Part shown: positions 1-22,066 of the stretch, piece after piece | Numbering within the stretch: the stretch's first letter is position 1 | How the letters are laid out: each line of letters opens with the position of its first letter | From: the human T2T-CHM13v2.0 reference genome, Homo sapiens | Direction: 5' to 3' (one strand) | Length of the DNA: 64,000 nucleotides | Assembly (NCBI RefSeq): GCF_009914755.1 | Contig: NC_060940.1 | Translations under genes and position numbers: made by a program | The notes under the pieces: model-generated | Seen by the model: only the letters and a program-made list of their open reading frames with translations | What the model was told of the DNA's origin: nothing | The model's database searches: none

Positions 1-418
1 TGTCCTCCTAGGTACCTTCGTGGTCTGTGTTAATTTTCAATGAATCACAAGAAGTTTACAGCATAAAAATACACTTCTAAAATTAACTTCTTACTCAATA
101 TCCTTTACAGCAAAGGGCCACGTAATAAATTTGCCTTGGGTTTAATCCCATGCTTGGGATTCTGCATGAAAGGGTACGGGCAGGAAGAGGAAGGGAAAGG
201 GAGGGGCATTGAGATGCACCCATAGCACCAACAATAAGGACCAATGCCCTCTCCCGCCCAGCTGGGCCCCACTGAACCATCCTGACCTCAACACACAGAT
301 GTAGATCACCAATCAGGTGCAACACACAGAACAGACTTTCTGGAGGTTGCAAGGAGGATTAAGGGGTAAAGAAGGGAAATGTATGCTGTTTGAAAAAATA
401 TGTTTAATATAATCATAC

Positions 419-6942
<6,524 letters not shown>

Positions 6943-8208
6943 TAATCAGTTAAAAAAGTCTTTCTACCAATCTAATGGTGAAAATGTTATTTCTGTTGCT
7001 TTAATTTGAATTTTTTTCTGGCTATTGCAGAGATTAAGGTTTTTTTTTGTCTGTTTATTGATCATTTGGATTTTTTCTTCTGTAGAGTTATTTAATTTGG
7101 ATGTAGATAAAAAGGATAAAAGAGATAGAAAAGGAAGACGGAGTGCCAAGCTCTCAGTAGGTTCTCAGAAAGTGGTAGTCATTTTTATTGTTCAAAACAT
7201 GCAGATGAAGAGAAGCTGGACCCTTGCTGATGAGACTTAGTGGACTTCTTCCTTCGTTCAAGGACTTTTTGGCTGTAAAGCATTCTGAAATAGCCAATAT
7301 AACTGGTTACTCGTGACTCGAAAGACGTTCAACACCTTGACCTTGACACTGCAGGGGAGAATAGAAAGAGCTGGTGACTTCTCTGAGGAAGGAAGTTGCT
7401 CAGGTGCAAACTTCCATCCATCCATCCATCCATCCATCCATCCATCCATCCATGGGTGAGTTCTTTAACTTCTTTGTGCCTCGTTTTTATCATCTGAAGA
7501 TGGTGATAATAAGTGATAGGACTTATCTCAAAGGGGGGTTACAAATACATACCGAGTGTTTAGCATGGTGTTGGAGATGTAGTGAGTAGTTGAGAAATGT
7601 CTTCTCAATCTTGCAGTTTGAGAAGACAGAAAGGTGAAAACTAGACTTACTTCCAATGGCTAGTTGCCCTGAGCTCCAAGTGGTAATACATTGAATACAA
7701 TTGCAAATCTACCGAGATGGAAAGAAAGCAGTTTCAGAAGAGAATGACAGGTTCTGCTTTAAGTTTCTGTGGTTGTCCACAGAGCACAGCCTAAATTGTC
7801 AAGTCTCTGCATTATAAATGGTGTCTAGCTTTGAGAAGTTATTAACCTGAAACCCAGTATCTCTGGAATTTGGGGATGATGTATCTGCAAGAACTGTTCT
7901 CTTCTGCAAGTACTTGAAATACAAGAACATAAATTCTTTAATTCAGAGGACCCCAAACTTTCTTGGTTCACTCTGTGCGGAGGCCCCCCCCAAAAAAAAT
8001 ACCTAATAGCTCTATTTATTAAGGAATTAGGTGCAAAACACTTAAAAAGTTCTTATGTTCTAACAACTTAGTAGCCATTTGTAAAAAAACCCCACATGTA
8101 CACAAAACATTCACATATATTGTACAGACAATAATACACATACACTGAATAAGACAAGTACATTAAAAACATATTTTATTTATATTTGTATTTCATTCTT
8201 AAATAATT

Positions 8209-8837
<629 letters not shown>

Positions 8838-8840
8838 TGA

Positions 8841-9196
<356 letters not shown>

Positions 9197-9704
9197 TAAT
9201 GTCTGTATTTTTAATAGAGACGGGGTTTCACTATATGGCCAGGCTGGTCTCAAACTCCTGACCTCAGGTAATGAACCTGCCTCGGCCTCCCAAAATGGTG
9301 GGATTACAAGGGTGAGCCACTACATCTGGCCTATATATACGGTCCAAGATGGCTGCCACAGCAGCAGCGTCACATCTGGCACAACAGTGCAGCCATCAAG
9401 GCAAGAGAGAAGGGAAAGGTGAGATGCCAGGGTAAAATGTGACCTGTTTCTACACTCCATCTGGACCTGGTGGGGGATGGCAGACAGGTATAGATGCAGA
9501 GAAGTCTTGCCAACCAAACAGGGATAAAGATTAGAAGCCTTGGTCCTGTTAACCAGACCTGGATTTGGAAAACTAGGAAGTTTGCCAGCCAAAGAATTTT
9601 TTAGGAAGACAGTATCTCCTTAGCCCACTAGGTTTTTCAGTGGTTTTGAGAGACAGTATATTGTGTATGAGGACATCAGGACATACTCTAAAACTCTCAT
9701 GTAG

Positions 9705-9959
<255 letters not shown>

Positions 9960-10457
9960 TAGTAGAGACGGGGTTTTACTGTGTTAGCCAGGATGGTCTC
10001 GATCTCCTGACCTTGTGATTCACCCGCCTTGGCCTCCCAAAGTGCTGGGATTACAGGCATGAGCCGCTGCACTGGCCTAGTTTTGGAGTTATGGAATCCA
10101 ACCTTGCCTTGAGCAAGGGAAGGGTGTTTTTAGAGGACCAATAGGTAGTTTGCCCAGGCATCAGAGAGGACATAATATCTGATCTGAGATCTGAATGAGG
10201 AGTAGAAGTTGGCCAAGAGGGCAAACAAGGACTCCAAACAGAGGGACTGGCATGGACAAGGCCGGGTGAGGGTACATAGCTTATCTGATAAATTGTTTAG
10301 GGTTCATGTGGCAAGAGATGATTCAGGGGCTAGGAACTGAAGTCTCTGTGGCTAGCTAAGGGAGTCTGGGTTTGTCTTGGAACCATGGGACACACTGAAT
10401 GATTTAATTCAGGGAAAAACTCAACTAGAACCATGGTCTCTGGGAAAGCAACAATTT

Positions 10458-10919
<462 letters not shown>

Positions 10920-11821
10920 TGAGTAGCTGGGATTACAGGCGTGTGCCACCATGCCCAGCTAATTTTTGTATTTTTGGTAGAGATGGGGTTTCACCATGTT
11001 GGTCAGGCTGGTCTTGAACTCCTGACCTTGTGATCTGCCCGCGTTGGCCTCCCAAAGTGCTGGGATTACAGGTGCGAGCCAGTGCATCCAGCTTAGTTTT
11101 TCTTTGTTCAAGGGACTAAGCAAGAACAGATGAAGGCATGGGTGAAAACAAGAGAGAATTATTCTGGAAGCAGTACTGGCAGGATTTGAGCAAATAATGA
11201 GGGGGATGGGGAAGCCTTGGGTCAGACTATCTTATGTTGCTATTTATAGGATGTGGAAGGAAGGGTCTAAGAAACATCTTGTATGATGTGCTGTGGGATA
11301 TGGAGGAGGTAGAGAACAGGGCTAAAAATAACCTTCCTAGAGGTGCAGATATTTGGCAGAGACCCTGTATTCCTGGGCCTCTCGCTGACATGGGCTGTCA
11401 ACAAACTGTCACGCTCTTCTCTAGATATGTCCACTTCTGTCCTGAAGCAGATATTTTTATGTACACAGCCATGGGTGAGTTCTTAACTTCTTTGTGCCTC
11501 GTTTTTATCATCTGAAGATGGTGATAATAAGTGATAGGACTTATCTCAAAGGGGTTTACGAATATATACCGAGTGTTTAGCATGGTGTTGGAGATGTAGT
11601 GAGTAGTTGAGAAATGTCAGAAATGAGCATTAAAATTCCGTTAGCTCTAGCTTGACTTCTCTATCAGTGCATACAAACACTCAAAGATAAAGCTATGAGA
11701 CAGAGCAGGATTTTGCCTGTCTTGTTCACTGCTACATCTCCAGCCAGCTTAGAACAGTGACTGGCTTGCAGCAGCTATTTAAATGTTTGGTGAGTGAATG
11801 AATGAATAAGGAACTCATCTC

Positions 11822-12100
11822 ATTTTCTTTCCTTCCTCCTTCCTTTCTCCCTTCCTTCCTCCCTCCCTTCCTTTCTTTCTTCCCTTCTTTCCAACCATCC
11901 ATCCATCCATCCATCCATTCATCCATCCACCCACCCATCTATCCATCCATCCATCCATCCATCCATCCATCCATCCACCCACCCACCCACCCAACCATCT
12001 ATCTATCCATCCATCCATCCACCCATCCATCCATGCATCCACCCATCCATCCACTTATCCATCCATCCATCCATCCATCCATCCATCCATCCATCCATCT
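11822..12100. repeat. Compound (TTCC/TTTC)n + (CCAT)n microsatellite; a shorter (CCAT)n lies at 7414-7453
   Basis: Read directly. Confidence 0.95.
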
Positions 12101-12133
12101 CTCTTAGAAAGGCAGTAGAGTGTAGTGGGTTAG

Positions 12134-12730
<597 letters not shown>

Positions 12731-12744
12731 ACAGCCCACAAGTT

Positions 12745-13190
12745 CTGTGATCATATAAGCTGTGTAATCTTGGGAAACTCAATCTTCCTGACACTCCACT
12801 TCCTCGTCTGTGAAATGGTTGTAATAATAGTACCTGCTTCACAGGGTGGCAGTGAGGTTTAAATGAGATAATAGAAGGCACTTAGCCCCAGTGCCTGGCA
12901 CATAGAAAGTGCTCACTATTAGCTATTAGTTACAGCTAAGCATGTATTGTAAATTAGTGGACACTGGTATTGTGTGTCTAGCACTGTCCTGAGCACTTTA
13001 CCCGTATTATCTCATTTAAACTTCCCAACGACCCTATGACATGGTGAAACCACTAACATCCACACCTAACAGATGAGAAAACAAAGGCCCAGAGAGGCCA
13101 AGTCATGTGCCCAAGGGTTACATAGCTAGTTTACAGCAGAGCTGGGATTGAACGCCAGGCAGCCTATTTCCAAAGTTCATGGGTCTTGCC
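12745..13190. mobile_element. MIR fragments; others at ~15060-15140, 15340-15680, 16500-16770, 20480-20720 and 22520-22640
   Basis: MIR core motifs: cctcgtctgtgaaatgg.tgtaataatagtacct, acagatgagaaaac.aaggcccagagagg. Confidence 0.65.
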
Positions 13191-13529
13191 GCTGCATTGC
13201 ATTACCTCTTGCCAGTCTCTGCTGCCTCTGTCTGTGAAGGATCGTCATCTATACACTCAGTCCTGGCTCAGGCTGTCACGGTGACTGCAGGTGTTTGAAG
13301 CTGTGGGACTCATTGGAAAAATAATTGAAAATGGGATTGCTGTTTCTTTCTTTTCTTTTTTCTTTCTTTCTTTCTTTTTTTTTTTTTTTTTTTTAGACAG
13401 GGTCTCACTCTGAGGCTGAAGTGCAGTGGCGCGATCTTGGCTCACTGCAACCTCTGGGTCCTGGGTTCAAGTGATTCTCATGCCTCATCCTCCTGAGTAG
13501 CTGGGATTACAGGCAAACACCAACACGCC

Positions 13530-13576
13530 CTCTCTTTCTTTCTCCTTCCTTCCTTCTTTTCTTTCTTTTTCTTTTT

Positions 13577-13628
<52 letters not shown>

Positions 13629-13665
13629 TCCTTCCTTCTTTTCTTTCTTTCTTTTTCTTTCTTTT

Positions 13666-13705
<40 letters not shown>

Positions 13706-13707
13706 TT

Positions 13708-13763
<56 letters not shown>

Positions 13764-13826
13764 TTCTTTCCTTTCTTTCTTTCTCTGTCTTTCTTTCTTC
13801 TTTCTCTTTCCTTTTTTTTTTTTTTC
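13530..13826. repeat. ~300-bp (TTTC)n polypyrimidine microsatellite between two antisense Alu pieces
   Basis: Read directly; almost purine-free. Confidence 0.95.
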
Positions 13827-14359
13827 AGAGCCTTGCTCTGTTGCCCAGGCTGGAGTGCAGTTGCACAATCTTGGCTCTGCGCAATCTTCGTCTCCCAGGT
13901 TCAAATGATTTTCCTGCCTTAGCCCCCCAAGTAGCTGGGATTACAGGCGTGCACCACCACGCCCGGCTGAGTTTTGTATTTTTAGTAGAGACGGGGTTTC
14001 ACCGTGTTAGCCAGGATGGTCTCAATCTCCTGACCTCGTGATCCACCTGCCTCGGCCTCCCAAAGTGCTGGGATTACAGGCGTGAGCCACTGCACCTGGC
14101 TGTTTGCTGTTTCTTAACATGTGAGGTTCCAACCCAGTGGGGCCCACTAACATGTGCTGTTCTGCTTTGGACCGTGGGGAGCTGGGGTGCTGGACCCATC
14201 TCCCACCTTCTACAGCCTGGAGTGTGCTCCCAGATGACACAGCCAAGCTGGCGTGTTTTTCCCTCACTGGCGGAAAGTTCAGCAATCCCTGACTCCCTCA
14301 CCCTGCCCTGTTGAGATTTAAAAAAATTTCCTCTTCTGGGCCTCAGAGCCGCCTCCTAC

Positions 14360-14535
14360 CTGAGGTTTATTGCTTTCTCTGCACCAGCATTGAGCCTCTG
14401 CAGCCCTTTAAAAGGGGCAGAGCCCATAGTGTGATCAGCAGGTCCTGTCCCTAGGAGATAAGAGTATCTTGCACAGCAGGTGCAGGTTTCCCAGCAGCTC
14501 AGGCAAGAGTCCGATGTTTGTGCCATCTGATCCTG
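14360..14535 (+). promoter_or_regulatory. AQP8: AQP8 core promoter and 5'UTR: CDX-type TTTATTGC (14366-14373), TATA-like TTTAAAA (14407-14413), GATA AGATAAG (14456-14462), E-box + TC-box (14477-14493)
   Basis: Motifs read directly upstream of the first coding exon; TATA spacing suggests a TSS near 14435-14440. Confidence 0.7.
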
Positions 14536-14547
14536 ATGTCTGGAGAG
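14536..14547 (+). CDS. AQP8: Aquaporin-8 coding exon 1 (MSGE)
   Basis: ATG TCT GGA GAG followed by donor gtgag at 14548; joins in frame to exon 2 (IAMCEPEF...) to give the known AQP8 N-terminus. Confidence 0.93.
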
Positions 14548-14687
14548 GTGAGCCCTCTGTCGGCATCTTCCTCTCCAGGCTGGCAGAGCAAGGGGGGCTG
14601 TGAATTAATTCAAGGTTGGGGGTCGGGGCCTTCTATATCTGGACTTGCCTCCCACCCGTGTCCTCTGTCCCTTTTTCCCTACGGCAG

Positions 14688-14935
14688 ATAGCCATGTGTG
14701 AGCCTGAATTTGGCAATGACAAGGCCAGGGAGCCGAGCGTGGGTGGCAGGTGGCGAGTGTCCTGGTACGAACGGTTTGTGCAGCCATGTCTGGTCGAACT
14801 GCTGGGCTCTGCTCTCTTCATCTTCATCGGGTGCCTGTCGGTCATTGAGAATGGGACGGACACTGGGCTGCTGCAGCCGGCCCTGGCCCACGGGCTGGCT
14901 TTGGGGCTCGTGATTGCCACGCTGGGGAATATCAG
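14688..14935 (+). CDS. AQP8: Aquaporin-8 exon 2 (IAMCEPEF...LGNI; TM1-TM2; includes C53 and H72)
   Basis: Pyrimidine tract and cag at 14685-14687; donor gtgag at 14936; hydrophobic MIP-family helices in ORF 14616..14939. Confidence 0.97.
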
Positions 14936-15183
14936 GTGAGACCAGCTCTGAGGATTCAGCCTGATGCTGACTTGGGGCACTGGGTGTGGAAAGCAAAGGC
15001 GTTGTCAAGGACCCCTGGGCGCATACGTATTCGGGATTTCAAGGAGCGCTCTGGATAACTATGGGGTTGGGAGTCAGACTGGGGTCAACTCCAGACCCCG
15101 CAGCCTGTGAGCTTGTGACTTTGAGCAAGTCATTCTCTTTTTGAGTAGCTGGATCACAGGCATGCGCCGCAGCACCCAACTAA

Positions 15184-15435
<252 letters not shown>

Positions 15436-17307
15436 TAATTACTTTATAGATATTAGTTATTTAATCCTCACAAAAGCCTTGTGGGGTAGGTCCTGTTATT
15501 AGCCCCATTGTACAGCTGCAAAAGTGAAAGGCCATGTAATCTGTCCAAGCTTAGAGGGCCAGAAAGTGGCAGAGGCGGGAGTCAAGAACAAGCTGTCTGG
15601 CTCCAGCGCTCAAATCCAAGTGCCTCATGCGGAAGTCATGAGAATTAAATGAAGTAGAGCGCCTGGCACACACCAAACATACAACAGGCATTGGTTGCTG
15701 TGTTATTGTTACCACTAGAAGGGGGTTTTAGGGAAAGCAGAAATGCATAGAAGACCTGAGCCAGGTTTTCCCACCTGGGTATGCAGAGATCTGCAGTGGT
15801 CCTGGCTTGTCAAGAGGTGATCAAGAAGGAGGGGCAGGGAAAGGGACAGGCTTCTCTGGCTTAGCTCTCGTCTGGGTAGAGGCTCAATGGGGAGGTCTGT
15901 GGACATGGCTGCTGGTTCCCAGGAGAGCCAGCCATCACGACGAAGATCTTGAGTGGGGTGCCTGGCAGGGTGATCTGGGACATGGTTGGTCTGTATTAAA
16001 TCTCACTCAAAAAATAGATCTGAATGAGGAAACAGAAATACTATTTCTGAGAAAACCAGAATGGAAAAGAGCTTTAACATCTCTTTAGGCCGGGTGCAGT
16101 GGCTCACGCCTGTAATCCCAGCACTTTGGGAGGCTGAGGCGGGTGGATCACCTGAGGTCAGGAGTTGGAGAGCAGCCTGGCCAACAGGGTGAAACCCTGT
16201 CTCTACTAAAGATACAAAAATTAGCTGGGCGTGGGGGCAGGCACCTGTGGTCCCAGCTACTTCGGAGGCTGAGGCAGGAGAATTGCTTGAACTGGGAGGG
16301 AGAGGTTGCAGTGAGCCGAGATTGTGCCACTGCACTCCAGCCTGGGCAACAGAGTGAGACTCCATCTCCAAAAAACAAACAAACAAACAAACAAACAAAA
16401 AACAAACCACATCTCTTTAGACGTCCAAGGGAGGCTGCAAGTGAAACAAAAAGTACATGATCTTCCCTTTGGACGGATCTGAGATTGAAGGCAACCTTTA
16501 TCACTTCTTAGCAGGGTGACCACAGCAAGTTGCTGAAGCCTCTGTGTGCAGTGGTATAAATATGAGTAATAATAATAGCTGATGTTTTTTGAATGCTAAC
16601 TACATAGATACTACTATGGGCTGTACAAATATTAATTCTTAATATCTTTGCAATAGCTTTATCAGGCAGAGATCATTGAGGCACAGAGAGGTTATGTAAC
16701 TTTGCCAATGCCACACAGCTCTTCAGTGGCAGAGTTGAGCTTTGAACCCAGGCCAGCTGGCTGGAAAGACCATCTCTTTGGCACTGCAAATACTGCCTCT
16801 CTGTTTGGCTTTTTTGACAAATATTTATTCAGCACCTATTGCGTGCCAGACACTGACTTTGAGGTTGTTCACTGGATCCAGGATAAGCTATGTATGTAAG
16901 TTATAAGCACCCAGCACAGCCCCTGGCACACAGTAAGTGTCAGAGAAATATATGCTGAGTGAACAATGAATGAATGAATGAATGTGTCTTGATTGTTTTA
17001 TTGCTAATGAGTGTAAACCAGGAAATGTGTGGTTTTCGTCACCTGGCCCTCCTGATAGAGCCATGCTCTGGGTGACAGTTTCTCTCCCCTTTGGGGCTCC
17101 CCTGGGAAGCCGCCTCACCCTGACTTCATCTGTGTATCTCAGCAGAGCCCAGGCTAAGCTACTTGAGGCCAAGTAGGCCTGGCTGCCCCTCTTCCCAACC
17201 TGTGGAGTCTGAGCACTGGCTGGTGCTTTCAAACCATGCATGGAGGTCAGGCGCAGTGGCTCACGCCTGTAATCCCAGCACTTTGGGAGGCCGAGGCAGG
17301 TGAATCA

Positions 17308-17749
<442 letters not shown>

Positions 17750-18946
17750 TTAGGGGGGCACTTTGGTTCTCAAGTGACATGGGGAGTCTTGGGGTCCCTT
17801 TCTCTCTCATTGGGGAGTATCCATTCCTGGAAACCAGATGGATTCAGGAGGCCAAACTGTGACAATATTTCCTCCATCAGAGTGGGACTGGTTGGGACAC
17901 TGATGTGAGTGCAGCCACCCTGGCTCTGGGGCCTGGGCTGGTTGAACATCTTGGTGAACACGAAGGCTCTTTACCCATGAGCCAGGGGGTGGCTGATCAA
18001 CTGCAACCTGCCCTTTGACCTCAGGTTCTGACTTGTCTAATTCCCTTCCACACCCCAAACTCCCAATCCCAATCCCTAACCTGGTCATGAACCTCCAACT
18101 CCACCCCGTGATTCTCAATGCCATTTTCAGCCTGAACTCCAAATCTGCATTTTACACCCATCACACTTTCAGACCACAAGTAGGGTTTTCACTGGCTGAG
18201 CAGTTCAACCAATCAGGAGGTCTTATTCAGGGCCTAGCTACTCATAAAGGGAGACCCGGGCCGGGCACGGTAGCTCGTGCCTGTAACCCCAGCACTTTGG
18301 GAGGCCGACGTGGGTGGATCGCTTGAGGTCAGGAGTTTGAGACCAGCCTGACCAACATGGTGAAACCTCGTCTCTACTAAAAATACAAAAATAAGCCAGG
18401 CGTGGTGGCACACACCTGTAGTTCCAGCTACTTAGGAGGCTGAGTCAGAAGAATTGCTTGAACTCAAAAGGTGGAAGCTGCAGTGAGCCGAGATCACACC
18501 ATTGCACTGCAGCCCGCGCGACAGAGCAAGACTCCGTCTCGTAAAATCAAACAAATCATAAGGGGAGGCCTGGATACCGCTCTTGGGCTACTAACTTGGA
18601 GCCTTGGTATCTCAATCTGACCTGTGGCCACATCTCTGAAGGGCTGGAGGGAGGCTTGGAGGGAGTCAGGGAGGAGTTAAGGGATGGTCTCCCTACACGC
18701 TCTTCCTCCAGGGCCATCCTGGGGGCTGGGCTTTGGACTTAGAGGCTGCCCTTTATCTCTTACCCTCTGCCTGGCATCTCAGGGAAAATGGAAGCAATTT
18801 GGTGCCTCTTTGTATTTGAGCTGGGCCCCGGACTGACTCTTGCCCTGAGAGGCCAGCCTGGTGGGTTGGCTGGGACACACTGTCTCAAGTGCCAGCCATG
18901 TGGTCAGCCCTGGGCTCATGACTTCCTCTGCTCTTGTGGGTTACAG

Positions 18947-19073
18947 TGGTGGACACTTCAACCCTGCGGTGTCCCTGGCAGCCATGCTGATCGGAGGCCT
19001 CAACCTGGTGATGCTCCTCCCGTACTGGGTCTCACAGCTGCTCGGGGGGATGCTCGGGGCTGCCTTGGCCAAG
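18947..19073 (+). CDS. AQP8: Aquaporin-8 exon 3 ([10 protein letters not shown], first NPA at 18960-18968; TM3)
   Basis: MIP signature [11 protein letters not shown]; acceptor ttacag, donor gtggg; phases 2 and 0 fit the neighbouring exons. Confidence 0.97.
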
Positions 19074-19113
19074 GTGGGTAAACCCCAGGGGCTGGGCTAG
19101 TCTTCCTCTCTGA

Positions 19114-19476
<363 letters not shown>

Positions 19477-19580
19477 TGAACTACTGAGCTCAAGTGATCT
19501 ACCTGCCTTGGTCTCCCAAAGTGCTGGGGTTACAGGCATGAGCCACTGTGCCCGGCCTCTCTTTTTTATTTTAGAGATAG

Positions 19581-19679
<99 letters not shown>

Positions 19680-19725
19680 TGAGTAGCTGGGACTACAGGT
19701 GTGTGTCACCACACCCAACTAATTT

Positions 19726-19866
19726 CCTCTGCCTAGGAAAACCAGAGACCTTTGTTCACTTGTTTATCTGCTGACCTTCCCTCCACTATTGTCCTATGAC
19801 CCTGCCAAATCCCCCTCTGTGAGAAACACCCAAGAATTATCAATAAAAAATAAATAAATTAAAAAA
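19726..19866 (+). mobile_element. 5'-truncated SVA retrotransposon (SINE-R 3' end + poly(A)) nested in the linker of an antisense Alu, AQP8 intron 3
   Basis: cctctgcctaggaaaaccagagacctttgttcacttgtttatctgctgacc...gagaaacacccaagaattatcaataaaaaa matches the SVA 3' terminus; possible short TSD aattt (19721-19725 / 19867-19871). Confidence 0.88.
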
Positions 19867-20891
19867 AATTTTTTTCTGTAGAGGTGGGCTCTCGCTGTGT
19901 TGACCACATTGGCCTCCAACTCCTGGCCTCAAGTGATCTTCCTGCCTTGGCCTCCCAAAGTGCTGGGATTACAGACATGAGCCACCGAGCCTGGCCAGCC
20001 ACAGAGTTTTCATAGCTTTATGCATAAATCCATGGATAGACTTTCTCCCTTCATCCCTCTTTTTCTTTTTTTTCCCTCTCTTTCTTTCTTTTCTTTTGCC
20101 CTTAAGTCTTGGTTCAGCCAGGGATACTTCAAGCCCTTCAAGATGTGGGCCTTGCTTGGTGTGTGTGTGGGGGGTGGTGGATGGGGGAGCTCTGTCAGCT
20201 TGGCTGTGATAGGGTCTGAAGCTGTAAGTGCTGACCCACCGCAGACTTTGTTCTCAAGCCTCACTTTACTGTCATCCCCTGCTGTGGTCTCTCCATGTCC
20301 CAATTTGAGAGCCACAGCCTGTTCCCCTGTCTATGGAACACGCCCGGGACCTTCCTTCTCGGCTTCTGCTCTGAAAAGCAGTGGCCAGACTCGAGCTCAA
20401 GCCCTGCCACTTAAAACCTGTCAAACATGGTTCTGACAGCTGCGGGGCAGCAGGGTTCCCTAAGCACATTCTTCCTGCTAAATGTTTTACACATATTCTC
20501 TTATTTCATCTCCCAGCAACTTTATGAAAAACCATAGTCAGTTCATAGAGAGCGCTTACCTTGTGCCAGGCACACCAACGGCCTTGTCTGTGAGCTGGGA
20601 GCTGTCAGTATCATCCCTATTTTATAGATGAGAAAACAGAGGTGCAGAGAAGCAGGTAACTTGCTCAAGTTCAGACGTGCCTGTAAGCAGCACAGCCCCG
20701 ACTGGATCCAGAGTCCAGAAGCTTGTGCACTGCACTGTCTTTCCCCTTCGGGGCTGTGATAGCCCTGAGGCCGATCGCCCATAGAAATAATTGAGCTCAG
20801 GCTTCAGGGCTCTCCTGCACATGCCCCTTCCACGGTCCTGTGGGGGCTTAGCAATGAGTTCACCTGATCATATGTGTTTGTAAAGTTTCTA

Positions 20892-21233
<342 letters not shown>

Positions 21234-21851
21234 TCAAAGAGGATCATCTAAGTTACATAAGTTTTAGGTCTGTAACCTGGAGCCATGACTGGGTTATCCC
21301 CATTTTTCTTTTTCTTTTTCTTTTTTTTTTTTTTGAGACGGAGTCTTGCTCTGTTGTTCAAGCTGGAGTGCAGTGGTGTGATCTCAGCTCACTGCAACCT
21401 CTGCTTCCAGAGTTCAAGTGATTCTGGTGCCTCAGCCTCCTGAGCAGCTGGGATTACAGGTGCCTGCCACTTCACCCCGCTAATTTTTGTATTTGTAGTG
21501 GAGATGGGGTTTCACCATGTTGGCAAGGCTGGTCTCAAACTCCTGGGCTCTAGTGACCCACCCATCTCAGCCTCCCAAAGTGCTGGGGTTGCTGGCGTGA
21601 GCCACCACGCCTAGCCCCATTACTATTTTTCAGCTGAACAAAGTGAGGCTCAGAAAGGTTCAGTAGTTCACGCAGGGTCGCACAGTAAAATCTGGCAGAG
21701 CTGGGATGTGGATGCAGGTATATCTAACTGAAATTGGACATAACCCTTCACTGGCTCTTAAGGTGGGTAGCATGCGTTTTTTAGGCCCTCTCCCCTCAGT
21801 TTCCAGCTGTCTCTCTGCCCCACTGTGAGGCTCAGCAGCTTCTCTGTGCAG

Positions 21852-22066
21852 GCGGTGAGTCCTGAGGAGAGGTTCTGGAATGCATCTGGGGCGGCCTTTG
21901 TGACAGTCCAGGAGCAGGGGCAGGTGGCAGGGGCGTTGGTGGCAGAGATCATCCTGACGACGCTGCTGGCCCTGGCTGTATGCATGGGTGCCATCAATGA
22001 GAAGACAAAGGGCCCTCTGGCCCCGTTCTCCATCGGCTTTGCCGTCACCGTGGATATCCTGGCTGG
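21852..22066 (+). CDS. AQP8: Aquaporin-8 exon 4 ([12 protein letters not shown]...VDILAG; TM4-TM5)
   Basis: Acceptor tgtgcag, donor gtgagt; 215 nt keeps the frame; N-glycosylation sequon NAS at N139. Confidence 0.97.

Noticed and set aside
13485-13904. Lys/Glu/Arg-rich 139-aa ORF; also the HPSI/MDGW ORFs near 7300-7500 and 11800-12100
   Set aside because: Translations of (GAAA)n and (CCAT)n microsatellites
14601-14612. 12-bp palindrome TGAATTAATTCA in AQP8 intron 1
   Set aside because: Possible homeodomain site, but AT-rich palindromes of this length are expected by chance in 64 kb
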